Shown here piece after piece: positions 51,972 through 61,356 of a stretch of 64,000 nt of DNA. The position numbers were made by a program, and so were the translations under genes. Every line of letters starts with the position of its first letter. The stretch's first letter is position 1. This stretch comes from an uncultured Chloroflexia bacterium (GTDB taxonomy: Bacteria > Chloroflexota > Anaerolineae > B4-G1 > SLSP01), in NCBI GenBank assembly GCA_963751345.1, contig CAVVUS010000019.1, forward strand, positions 77,975 through 141,974, in the 5' to 3' direction. Below the pieces are notes generated by a model. The model worked only from the letters and a program-made list of their open reading frames with translations. It ran no database searches and was not told the origin of the DNA.

Positions 51972-54212
51972 TTGAAGACGAAACGAACGATCATCGCAGC
52001 ATCAATGACACTTGGCCTGCTGTCATGGGGCATCGATTCGATATTGGGTGGCGCGTTGTTGGGACCGTGGGGTGCCGGGCCCCCGACGGCCTCGGGTGCT
52101 GCGACCTCTGTGTGGCTGGGTCGGGCGCTGGTGTCACTGCTCTTTGTAGCCTTCGGGCTGGTGCTCGGGCGGGCCGTCGAACGGTGCCAGGATGCCCAGC
52201 GGGTGCTGGATGCCAGCGAGCGCAGCTACCGGGAGCTCTACGAGAACGCTCCCGTGGGTATCTTTCGGACGACGCTCGATGGACGTACGCTCTCCGTCAA
52301 TGCCGCTATGGCGCGTATGATGGGCTGCACGTCATCGGACGAGGCCGTGCGCTACTTCACCCACCCGGCCAGCCAGCTATACGTGCGGCCCGAGCGGCGT
52401 GATGAGTTTCTGGCAGAGATCGAGCGTTCCGGCGCCGTGCGGGACTTCGAGTACGAGGTTCGCGGCAAGGATGGCCGGCGCACCTGGCTCTCGATGAGCG
52501 CCAAGATTCTGCCGGGGTCCGGCGGCGGAGAGGGTGCGATCCTCGGGTTTGCCAGGGAGATCACCGACAGCAGGCTGGCCGCCGACGAGCGGGAGAGGCT
52601 GTTGGCGCAGGTCCAGCAACAAGCCACGACGCTGAACGAGCAGGCCGTGGCACTTCGAGAACGGGCGACCCAGCTTCAGCAGATCATGAGCACGGTGCCG
52701 GAGGGTGTCCTGCTGCTGGACGCCGCAGGGCGCGTCCGGATGGTCAATCCCGCAGCCGAAAAGGCGTTGATGTTTCTGAGTCCCTCGGAGATGGCCGGCG
52801 GCCGGCTGACAAGGCTGGGGGATCGCAACCTCAATGAACTGCTGACCTCGCCTCCCCGCCGGGGGGTGTTACACGAGATCCGGCACGGTGGGCGAACCTT
52901 TGAGGCCATCGCCCGTCCGGTCGAGAGCGGTCCTAATCCCGAGGGATGGGTCCTCGTGATCGTCGATCACACGGCCGAGCGTGAGGTCCTCCGGCGCACG
53001 CAGCAGCAGGAGAGGCTTGCAGCCGTGGGGCAACTGGCCGCCGGCGTGGCGCACGATTTCAACAACATCATGGCGGTCATCGTCCTCTACAGCCAGATGG
53101 CGCTCCGCACGCCGGGCCTTGCACCGAAGCTTCATGACTACCTGGCGACAATTGTGCGGGAAGCTGACCAAGCCGGCGCGCTGATCCAGCAGATCCTGGA
53201 CTTTGGCCGCAAGGGCATCCTCGAACGAACGGCCATCGACCTGCTGCCGTTTCTCAAGGAGCAACACAAGCTGCTGGCGCGAACCCTCCCGGAGAGCATC
53301 CGCGTGGACCTGGTCGATGACAGCAGCGGGCCATACGCCGTCAGCGCCGACCTGGGGCGGCTGCGGCAGGCGATCATGAACCTGGCGCTGAACGCTCGCG
53401 ACGCGATGCCTGATGGGGGCGAGATGACGATCGAGCTGGGTCGAACAAAGATCGTGGATCCAAAGGACGCGCCGTTCGCCGACATGGGAGTGGGCGATTG
53501 GATCACAGTGCGCATCGTGGACACGGGCATAGGGATCGCGCCGGATGTCCTGCCGCGGATCTTTGAGCCCTTCTTCACCACCAAGGGCGCGGGGGGGAAC
53601 GGGCTGGGGCTCGCCCAGGTGTACGGAATCATCGGTCAGCACGGGGGCCACATCGGGGTCGAGAGCGACGTGGGCGTAGGAACGGCGTTCACGATCTATC
53701 TGCCGGCATTGCCGGTGCTCCCGGATGGCCTTAGGCCGGAGGGTGCGGTGAGCGTGCCTCGGGGCGATGGGGAGGTCATCCTTATCGTCGAGGACAACGA
53801 GGTCGTGCGCCAGACACTGGCGAACACGCTGGAGTTCCAGGGCTACCGTGCGGTGAGCGCGAAGGACGGGCGCCAGGCGCTGGCACTCCTGGAAGCGCAA
53901 CCCGCTCAGGGGGGGCAACCATCTCCGAATTCGCGCTCTGTTGTACCCAAGCCTCCACCAGGTGGCGGTGACGCGGACCAACGGATCGCCATGATCCTCT
54001 GCGATCTGGTCATGCCCGAGATGGGGGGGCAGGCGCTTTTCCACGCTATTCGCGAACGAGGATGGCAGATCCCGATGGCGATGTTGAGCGGCCATCCAAT
54101 GGGAAAGGAGTTCGAAGCGCTCCAGGACCAGGGGCTGGCCGGTTGGTTGGCGAAGCCGCCGAAGCTGGACGAGCTCGCCGGGCTCGTCGCCAAGGTGCTG
54201 GGGAAGGTCTAG
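51972..54212 (+). CDS. Hybrid sensor histidine kinase (2 TM, PAS, PAS, HisKA, HATPase, REC)
   Basis: YRELYENAPVGIF, GQLAAGVAHDFNN, NLALNARDAM, DTGIG, FEPFFTTK, ILIVEDN, CDLVMP, KPP. Confidence 0.92.
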   Translation: MKTKRTIIAASMTLGLLSWGIDSILGGALLGPWGAGPPTASGAATSVWLGRALVSLLFVAFGLVLGRAVERCQDAQRVLDASERSYRELYENAPVGIFRTTLDGRTLSVNAAMARMMGCTSSDEAVRYFTHPASQLYVRPERRDEFLAEIERSGAVRDFEYEVRGKDGRRTWLSMSAKILPGSGGGEGAILGFAREITDSRLAADERERLLAQVQQQATTLNEQAVALRERATQLQQIMSTVPEGVLLLDAAGRVRMVNPAAEKALMFLSPSEMAGGRLTRLGDRNLNELLTSPPRRGVLHEIRHGGRTFEAIARPVESGPNPEGWVLVIVDHTAEREVLRRTQQQERLAAVGQLAAGVAHDFNNIMAVIVLYSQMALRTPGLAPKLHDYLATIVREADQAGALIQQILDFGRKGILERTAIDLLPFLKEQHKLLARTLPESIRVDLVDDSSGPYAVSADLGRLRQAIMNLALNARDAMPDGGEMTIELGRTKIVDPKDAPFADMGVGDWITVRIVDTGIGIAPDVLPRIFEPFFTTKGAGGNGLGLAQVYGIIGQHGGHIGVESDVGVGTAFTIYLPALPVLPDGLRPEGAVSVPRGDGEVILIVEDNEVVRQTLANTLEFQGYRAVSAKDGRQALALLEAQPAQGGQPSPNSRSVVPKPPPGGGDADQRIAMILCDLVMPEMGGQALFHAIRERGWQIPMAMLSGHPMGKEFEALQDQGLAGWLAKPPKLDELAGLVAKVLGKV

Positions 54213-54353
54213 GTGAGGCCTCTGAACCTGCGGGGTTGACGCCGTACCCGTACGCTTGTGTCCCCTATTCCCCCTCGTATAATGGGCGCACAGAGCTTGC
54301 TTATGCCGCCCGCGCGATCGGGTGCGGGTGGATCTAGCCCAGCGGAGGTAGCC

Positions 54354-55286
54354 ATGGGTAAGAAGAAGCACGCGTCCTCAGCGTCAGATGCCCGACCCCT
54401 GCCCATCGTGACGGCGGGATCTGGGACGATCCTCGACTGCAACGGCGAGCCGGTGGTCGCCGACGTCACCTCGGAGGCACTCCGCGAGAAGCACCTCAGG
54501 ATGAAGGGCCGCGTCTACAACCGTGAGCTGCGCAGGCTCTACATCGAGCTGGTCAAGATGCAGGAGTGGGTCCGGCACACGGGCATGAAAGTCGTGATCC
54601 TCTTTGAGGGGCGGGACGCGGCCGGCAAGGGGGGGACGATCAAGCGCATTACGGAGCCGATGAACCCACGCTACGCGCGCGTGGTGGCGTTGGGCGTGCC
54701 GACGGAGCGGGAGAAGGGGCAGTGGTATTTCCAGCGGTACGTGGCCCACCTTCCGGCAGCGGGCGAGATCGTGCTGTTCGACCGCAGTTGGTACAACCGC
54801 GCGGGTGTGGAGCGGGTGATGGGCTTTTGTACTGAGCTGGAGTACCGCGAGTTTCTGCGCTCGTGCCCCGAGTTCGAGCGGATGTTGGTGCGGTCGGGGA
54901 TCACGTTGGTCAAGTACTGGTTTTCGGTGAGCGACGAGGAGCAGGAGCGGCGCTTCCAGGACCGGCTCGACGATCCGACCAAACGCTGGAAACTCAGCCC
55001 AATGGATATGGATGCGCGCCGGCGGTGGGTGGAGTATTCGATGGCGAAGGACGAGATGTTCAAGACCACGGACATCAAGCAGGCGCCGTGGTACGTCGTC
55101 AACGCGGACATCAAGCGCCACGCGCGACTGAACTGTATGGCGCACCTGCTGAGCCTGATCCCCTATGAGGACCTGACGCCGGAGCCTATCGAGCTGCCGC
55201 CGCGGCAAGAGGACACCGGGTATGTCCGCCCGCCGATTACGGATCAGACCTTTGTGCCGGAAGTGTATCACGGCGGGTGCAAGTAG
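54354..55286 (+). CDS. ppk2: Polyphosphate kinase 2
   Basis: FEGRDAAGKGG, QWYFQRY, FDRSWYNRAGVERVMGF, WKLSPMD. Confidence 0.95.
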   Translation: MGKKKHASSASDARPLPIVTAGSGTILDCNGEPVVADVTSEALREKHLRMKGRVYNRELRRLYIELVKMQEWVRHTGMKVVILFEGRDAAGKGGTIKRITEPMNPRYARVVALGVPTEREKGQWYFQRYVAHLPAAGEIVLFDRSWYNRAGVERVMGFCTELEYREFLRSCPEFERMLVRSGITLVKYWFSVSDEEQERRFQDRLDDPTKRWKLSPMDMDARRRWVEYSMAKDEMFKTTDIKQAPWYVVNADIKRHARLNCMAHLLSLIPYEDLTPEPIELPPRQEDTGYVRPPITDQTFVPEVYHGGCK

Positions 55287-55432
55287 CGGACGGTCATCGG
55301 TTATCGGTTTCCAGTTGTCAGTTGCGGACTCCCCGCTTGGCCGGCAGTGCGCGATGAGGGTGGCGGCGGCTCTCTTGTTAGCTGCAACGCAGTGCGCTGC
55401 CCGTTGACGCTCGATTCCGCCTGAATTCCCCG

Positions 55433-55450
55433 ATAGAACATAGGTTCTAT
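55433..55450. promoter_or_regulatory. LexA (SOS) box-like palindrome ATAGAAC-ATAG-GTTCTAT
   Basis: GAAC-N4-GTTC core with extended palindromic flanks; TATAAT at 55514-55519 downstream. Confidence 0.6.
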
Positions 55451-55575
55451 TCATGTGACATTCCTCACCCATTTCGCGTGATATTCCTCCTGTCATGCTG
55501 TCGACGTCGGCGCTATAATGTGGCCATAGTGTCGAGATTGTCGACATACTGTGAGTGTGCGGGCGGGAGGATGAC

Positions 55576-55930
55576 GTGGTGGTGCGGCGATGGAATCATG
55601 CCCAGACGGCAGACGCAGTGGTCACTGTGGGGATGACCTACGATCACTACGCATCGGGGGAGGTGGTGATCGTGACCGTGTACCACTATCCCGGTGGAGG
55701 GACGCGGGACGGCGACAGCCATCGGGTGGCTGTGGGGCCCGGGCATGCATCTGGTCGTGCCGCGGATCTGGGACACGCTCTTCGAGGAAGTCGTGCGGGT
55801 CCAACAGGAGCGTCCGAAGTCGGTGGTGCTCAGGGTGGACAGGGCGAGAATGAAGGGCTGGCGGGTGCCGGTGACGACGCTGGTGCGGGTGGTGGCGCAT
55901 GAGCTGCGAGTGCCGTTCAATCTTGGGTGA
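55576..55930 (+). CDS. Hypothetical protein (~118 aa); probable frameshift near 55695
   Basis: GGGAGG RBS before GTG; joined frames VVRRWNHAQ...VYHYP / EGRGTATAIGWLWG...ELRVPFNLG*. Confidence 0.45.
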
Positions 55931-56185
55931 GGGGCGCTTGCCGGCGTTGTCGCCGGAGACCCCAGGGCTATCGCATTTGGACGTCAGAGAACCTTCCGGG
56001 AAGCTGAGAAGCGCCTTACGATGCAGGACCGCTTGCGACCCCGGGAAAGACTGCCGCTGGAGAGCACTATGCAGCTTCCCGGAAGGTAGAGTGCGATTGC
56101 CCTACCGGAGACCCGGTACCGACGAGTTCCGTGCTATACTGAAGGTCAACTGCAGACTGCTAATCACTGAAAGGTGGTAGCTAGG

Positions 56186-56764
56186 ATGGCTGAACAACCG
56201 TTCGCACAGCCCAAGCACAAGGCCTGGAAGAAGCACCTGCGCCAGCCACTACCCAAGTGGCAACGGCAGCAGGGCGATTCCAACGACTGCGGGCCCTATT
56301 CGGTGATGATCGTGACGAACGGCCTGCGTGATGCCCCGGTCGTGGATGGGGACGCGCTGGCCCGCCGAATGGAAGGTCCACCCGGCACGCGAGGATCGCT
56401 GCTGCCGCTGCGGATCAAAGGGTGGGCCACCTTCCCGTGGGGTGTCGCCACCGCGCTCCGCCAGCAGGGCCTTCGCGCGCGCTGGCGGGTCTGGTCGTCA
56501 TTTCGTACGCTATGGGCGAACCTGAACCGCGGCTGGCCGACGATCGTGCTCGTTGGGCAGCCGTTCCGTAGGGTCGATGGCAAGTACGCCGGGTGGTCGC
56601 ACTACAAGGTGCTCTATGCGTGGGATCCGGCGGAGGGGTTTGCCTTCGTCGACCCTGCCGCCGCCAATGGCGTGGCTTACAGCACCCAGGACCAGGCGAC
56701 GTTTCTGAAGGAATGGACGGCGATGGGGCGGCAGATCGTCGAGGTGCGAGTAGCCGGAGTGTGA
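56186..56764 (+). CDS. C39-like cysteine peptidase
   Basis: QQGDSNDCGPYS, GWPTIVLV, SHYKVLYAWD, FVDP. Confidence 0.7.
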   Translation: MAEQPFAQPKHKAWKKHLRQPLPKWQRQQGDSNDCGPYSVMIVTNGLRDAPVVDGDALARRMEGPPGTRGSLLPLRIKGWATFPWGVATALRQQGLRARWRVWSSFRTLWANLNRGWPTIVLVGQPFRRVDGKYAGWSHYKVLYAWDPAEGFAFVDPAAANGVAYSTQDQATFLKEWTAMGRQIVEVRVAGV

Positions 56765-56912
56765 CCGACGAGTGGCGATTGACGGGTGACGGGTGAACCG
56801 GAAGGAGCAAGCTATGGGACAACGCCCGGCGAACCGGTGCTCCGGCTAAGCATTACTCGTTGCTTGACATCCTGCGATCAATCGCCAATCGTCACTGACA
56901 GGAGGATACCAG

Positions 56913-57827
56913 ATGGACATCAACATCATGATCGAGGCACAGGCCGGGGTCTACTGGCCTGAGTGGCAGCGCATCGCCCGGATGGTGGAGGACCTGGGCT
57001 TTGACGGGCTCTATCGGTCGGATCACTTTCCACACGTCACCGAGACAGGCGGCGCGGGGCTGGAGCTGTGGACATCGCTGACATGGCTGGCGAGCCACAC
57101 CCAACGGATCGCGTTCGGCTCGCTGGTGAGCCCGGCGGCCTTTCGCCCGCCGGTGATCACCGCGTGGATGGCGATGCAGGTCGACGATCTGTCGGGCGGA
57201 CGGCTGCGGCTGGGGCTGGGGGCCGGGTGGAACGCTCACGAGCACCGCGCGTTTGGCTTGCCACTGCTCGAGACCAAGGAACGGTTTGACCGCTTTCACG
57301 AGTACCTGGAGGTCGTCACGCGGTTGATGCGGGTGGACAGCCCGGTCAGCTTCGAGGGCGAGTACTACGAGTTGCACGACGCGATGCTGATGCCGCGCCC
57401 GGAGCGCCCGGGTGGCCCCCCGATCACGATCGGGGGCAACGGCCCGCATCGCACGCTGCCGCTCGTGGCCCGCTACGCCGACGAGTGGAACTGCTCCTGG
57501 CGATCGCGAAGCCAGCTGCTAGCGCTGAACGAGCGGCTCGACGGATTGTTGGCCGCGCAGGGGCGCGCGCCGGAGGACGTCCGCCGGACGATGATGACGA
57601 CCGTCTTCTTCGGACGGGACGACGCGGAATTGGCCGCCATCCTGGCGCGACGCGACAGCGATGCGGAGAGCCTGCGCGCCGCGGGCGCGGTGGTCGGCAC
57701 CGCCGGCGCGATCCGCGATCAGCTCGGCGAGCTGGCCGACCTGGGCCTCGACGGGGTGATGTTCCAGTGGCTCGGCGTGCACGATTGGGACAGGCTGGAG
57801 GCGCTGGGAAAGGCGCTCATTCGGTAG
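56913..57827 (+). CDS. LLM-class (probably F420-dependent) oxidoreductase
   Basis: GFDGLYRSDHF, VDDLSGGRL.LGLGAGW, ITIGGNG..RTLPLVARYADEWN. Confidence 0.9.
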   Translation: MDINIMIEAQAGVYWPEWQRIARMVEDLGFDGLYRSDHFPHVTETGGAGLELWTSLTWLASHTQRIAFGSLVSPAAFRPPVITAWMAMQVDDLSGGRLRLGLGAGWNAHEHRAFGLPLLETKERFDRFHEYLEVVTRLMRVDSPVSFEGEYYELHDAMLMPRPERPGGPPITIGGNGPHRTLPLVARYADEWNCSWRSRSQLLALNERLDGLLAAQGRAPEDVRRTMMTTVFFGRDDAELAAILARRDSDAESLRAAGAVVGTAGAIRDQLGELADLGLDGVMFQWLGVHDWDRLEALGKALIR

Positions 57828-57879
57828 CCCTCGGTGTTCAAAGATGGGTCCAATCTCCCGAAGATTGGACCCATCACGC

Positions 57880-59730
57880 TTACCTCTTCAGGAAGAACCT
57901 CACGCCGGTGATCACGTGGTACCGGTCGGCCCACTGCCGCCGCGGGTCGTAGAGCGCGATCCTGAGCGCGCGCGCTACCTGGTTGTGGAGCAGGCCCTGC
58001 CACCAGTGGGCGGCTACGAACTCGGGCAAGACCACGGTGACGTAGTCGCCTTCCTCACGCACAAAGGTGTCCATGTAGTCCACCAGCGGCTCGATGACGG
58101 CCCGGTAGGGCGAGGCTAGTATCTCCAGCGGTATGGCGGGGAAGAGCTTTTTCCACCGGCGCTGCACCTCGGCCGTTTGGTCCGCGTCCACGGCGACGGT
58201 CACCACACGCAGATCGCCCCTGATCGCCTGGGCATAGTGGAGTGCCTTCACGACGCCTCGGTGGACGGACTCGATCGGCACGATGACCGTGTGGCGGCTC
58301 ATGCGCTGGGGCCACGCCTTATCCAGCGAGAGCTGCGCGTCGACCGACTCGTAGTGGTGCCGGATGCGGCGGAAGAGCACCACCGAGAGGGCAATCAGGA
58401 CAAGCGTGATCCACGCGCCCTGGACGAACTTGGTCGCCGTGACGACGACAAAGACGATGCCCGTCGTCGTCGCCCCGATGGTGTTGAAGACGGCGGAACG
58501 CTTCCAGCGTGGCGGGCGTAGCTTGCGCCACCTGAAGATCATGCCAACCTGCGAGAGCGTGAATGAGATGAAGACGCCCGCGGCGTAGAGCGGGATAAGT
58601 GCGTGGGTCTCCGCGCCGAAGAGCACAATGAGCCCGCCGGCAGCAATGGCCAGCGCCTGGATCCCGCTTCCCAGGACGAGGCGATCGCCGATGTGCGTGA
58701 ACTGCTCGGGCAGGAACCGGTCCTTCGCGAGGAAGTTCGCCAGCCGAGGAAAGTCCGAGAAGCTCGTGTTGGCCGCCAGCAGCAGGATGAGGACCGTGGC
58801 CGCCTGGACGGCGTAGTAGAGCGGCCCGTCGCCGAAGACCGCGCGCGCCATCTGCGAGACCACGGTCTGGTCCTCCTGGGGCACGATGCCGAGCCGATTC
58901 GCGAGCAGCGTTAGCCCGAGGAACATGGTCCCCAACAGCCCGCCCATCCACAGCAGGGTCTTGCCGGCGTTATCGGCCTCCGGCTTCCTGAAGACGGTGA
59001 CGCCGTCGCTGATCGCCTCGACGCCGGTCAGGGCCGTGCAGCCGGAGGAGAACGCGCGCAGGATAAGGAAGAACGTCAAGGAGGCCATTGTGTCCTGCGG
59101 GATCACAGTACCCGCGACCCCAGTCGCCGCCAGGCTCCCCGTCAGGATGCGGTAGAAGCCGACGATGACCAGTGCCGCGATCGAAAGCATGAAGAAGTAG
59201 GTCGGTGCCGCAAAGACCCGCCCGGTCTCGCGCACGCCCCGCATATTCACGATCGTCACCAGGGCGAGCGAGCCCAAGGCGAGCCAGACGCGATAGCGTT
59301 CGGCCCCCGGAAACGCCGACGTGATCGCAGCGATGCCCGCCGAGACGCTGACGGCGACCGTGAGGATGTAGGCGATGAGCAGGGCCGCGCCCGCCGTGAG
59401 GCTCGCAATGGTGCCCAGGTTGTCCTTTGTCACCAGGTAGGCTCCGCCGCCGGTGGGGTAGGCGTGAATCGTCTGGAAGTAGGAGCTGACGACGATCAGC
59501 AGCAGCGCCGTGATGGCCACAGCAATGGGGAGCGTGTAGTGCAAGGCCCCGCTTCCCGCGACGACCAGCACGAGGAGGATCTCCTCCGTGGCGTAGGCCA
59601 CCGACGACAGTGCATCCGACGACAGCAGGGCCAGTGCCTGGACTTTGCCCAAGCGCTCGTGGGCTGCTGCCTCGGTCGGCAGCGGGCTTCCGATGAGAAA
59701 CTGCCTGATCTGGTCAATCACACCGGTCAT
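57880..59730 (-). CDS. kimA: APC-family transporter, KimA/YdaO-like (putative K+ importer)
   Basis: LSSDALSSVAYATEEIL, AYPTGGGAY, AFSSGCTALTGVEAISDG, AANTSFSDFPRL, LIPLYAAGVF, SPYR, WWQGLLHNQ. Confidence 0.8.
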   Translation of the reverse strand: MTGVIDQIRQFLIGSPLPTEAAAHERLGKVQALALLSSDALSSVAYATEEILLVLVVAGSGALHYTLPIAVAITALLLIVVSSYFQTIHAYPTGGGAYLVTKDNLGTIASLTAGAALLIAYILTVAVSVSAGIAAITSAFPGAERYRVWLALGSLALVTIVNMRGVRETGRVFAAPTYFFMLSIAALVIVGFYRILTGSLAATGVAGTVIPQDTMASLTFFLILRAFSSGCTALTGVEAISDGVTVFRKPEADNAGKTLLWMGGLLGTMFLGLTLLANRLGIVPQEDQTVVSQMARAVFGDGPLYYAVQAATVLILLLAANTSFSDFPRLANFLAKDRFLPEQFTHIGDRLVLGSGIQALAIAAGGLIVLFGAETHALIPLYAAGVFISFTLSQVGMIFRWRKLRPPRWKRSAVFNTIGATTTGIVFVVVTATKFVQGAWITLVLIALSVVLFRRIRHHYESVDAQLSLDKAWPQRMSRHTVIVPIESVHRGVVKALHYAQAIRGDLRVVTVAVDADQTAEVQRRWKKLFPAIPLEILASPYRAVIEPLVDYMDTFVREEGDYVTVVLPEFVAAHWWQGLLHNQVARALRIALYDPRRQWADRYHVITGVRFFLKR

Positions 59731-59786
59731 CCTCGATTCGATACTCTCTGCGATTCATATGTCCACGCCACCCTTGTCCCGCACCA

Positions 59787-59819
59787 CAACAGAAAAGGCC
59801 GCAACTCGTGTGCGGCCTT
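59787..59819 (-). terminator. Intrinsic terminator inside the 5' leader of the kimA-like gene (attenuator)
   Basis: Minus strand AAGGCCGCA-7 nt-TGCGGCCTT then TTCTGTTGT, ~60 nt before the start codon. Confidence 0.75.
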
Positions 59820-60000
59820 GGCTCTCAATCGAACTGCGCGTTTGGCACCCCTCGGGGCTATCTCGTATGCCGGCGTGCCTTCACCGCGCGTGTGCCAAGG
59901 TCGGCAGCACGCGCGCCCTCAGGGTCATCCTCGACCGGGTAGACGGGATCGATGGGCTCCAGAACGTTGTAGGCTCTTCGTGTTTCCATTTCGACTCATC

Positions 60001-60028
60001 ATTATGCCACAGGATCCGGTTCCGTCAA
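60001..60028 (-). promoter_or_regulatory. sigma70-type promoter for the kimA-like gene
   Basis: Minus strand TTGACG-16 nt-CATAAT with a TGn extension. Confidence 0.6.
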
Positions 60029-60222
60029 TCGCCGCAGCCGTCGGAAACCTTGCGAAGGTTCCGCAGCGCCTTCACTTGCAGGCAGCGGCGCTGCTCCACG
60101 TGCCCGCGATACCGGGCATGTCACTAACCTTCGCAAGGTTGGGCGCCACCTTGCGCCGCCCTCCGAACCATGCTACACCTCCAGCACCATCTTGACGAGC
60201 GGGCAGCGAGGAGAGGGCGACG

Positions 60223-61356
60223 ATGAAGATCACCGAGGTCAAGACGTACGTGGTGGGCAACCCGTGGAAGAACTGGGTCTTTGTGAAGGTCTGCACCGAC
60301 GAGGGGGTCACCGGCGTCGGCGAGGCCACGGCCGGCCTCAGCGCGAAACCGGGTGAGGCGCAGGTCCACGAGCTTGGCCGGTTCGTGGTCGGGGAGGACC
60401 CACTCCATCCTGACCGGCTGTGGCACCGGATGCACAAGGGGCTGTTCCTGGGATCGAACATCGGGATGAACGCGATCGAGATCGCCTGTTGGGACATCCT
60501 GGGCAAGGTGCTCGGGGTGCCACTATGGCAGCTGATGGGGGGCAAGCACCGTCCTGAGCTGCGCGTCTACGCCAACGGCTGGTACAAAGGCCCGCGCGAT
60601 CCGGTCTTCTTTGCCGAGGCGGCGGCCCAGGTGGTCGCGATGGGGTACACGGCGCTGAAGTTCGACCCCTTTGGCGCGGCGTACCGTTTCATGGACCGCG
60701 CCGAGGAGCGGCTCTCCCGCAGCATCGTCGCCGCGGTGCGCGAGGCTGTGGGTGATGACGTCGACATCCTCATCGAGGGCCACGATCGATTCAGCGTGTC
60801 GACCGCGATTCGCATCGGCCATTGGCTGGCACCCTTCACGCCGATGTGGTTCGAGACCCCGGTCATGTCCGATGACATTGCCGCCACGGTGGCGGTGGCC
60901 CGCGCGATCCCCGTGCCGGTTGCGGTGGGCGAGCGCTACCACCGGCTCGAGCAGTTCATCGATCTATTGGCGCATCGCGCCGTCGATATCGTGCAGCCCG
61001 AGACGCTCTCGATCGGCGGCGTTTCGGGCGTGCGCAGCGTGGTGGGGGTCGCGCAGGCTGCCAACGCCTTCGTGGCGCTTCATCAAGCGCAGAGCCCGCT
61101 CACCACCGCCATCAACGCCCACCTGCACGCCGCCATGGATAACTTCCTGATCCAGGAGTGCTTCGACGACTTCCTCGTGCCGTGGGCGCGCGAGATCATG
61201 CACGGCGTGCCGCGCGTCGTCAACGGCGCCCTGCCGGTCCCCGACGCGCCGGGCATCGGCGTGGAGCTCGACGAGGAGGAGATGGCCCGGCACCCGTATG
61301 GGGAGAACGCCTTCCTCCGCCTCTTCGAGGATGGCTGGGAGCGACGGGAGGCGTGA
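60223..61356 (+). CDS. Mandelate racemase/enolase-superfamily acid-sugar dehydratase (DgoD-like)
   Basis: NWVFVKV.TDEG.TGVGEA, IACWDILGK, VYANGWY, ALKFDPFG, EGHDRF, WFETP, GER. Confidence 0.9.
   Translation: MKITEVKTYVVGNPWKNWVFVKVCTDEGVTGVGEATAGLSAKPGEAQVHELGRFVVGEDPLHPDRLWHRMHKGLFLGSNIGMNAIEIACWDILGKVLGVPLWQLMGGKHRPELRVYANGWYKGPRDPVFFAEAAAQVVAMGYTALKFDPFGAAYRFMDRAEERLSRSIVAAVREAVGDDVDILIEGHDRFSVSTAIRIGHWLAPFTPMWFETPVMSDDIAATVAVARAIPVPVAVGERYHRLEQFIDLLAHRAVDIVQPETLSIGGVSGVRSVVGVAQAANAFVALHQAQSPLTTAINAHLHAAMDNFLIQECFDDFLVPWAREIMHGVPRVVNGALPVPDAPGIGVELDEEEMARHPYGENAFLRLFEDGWERREA

Noticed and set aside
59787-60000. Canonical c-di-AMP (ydaO) riboswitch, or a leader peptide MTLRARVLPTLAHAR
   Set aside because: The conserved ydaO segments (GCTGAATCC, CCGTCAGCTAAC) are not visible. 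The short ORF has no properly spaced RBS and no telling codon run.
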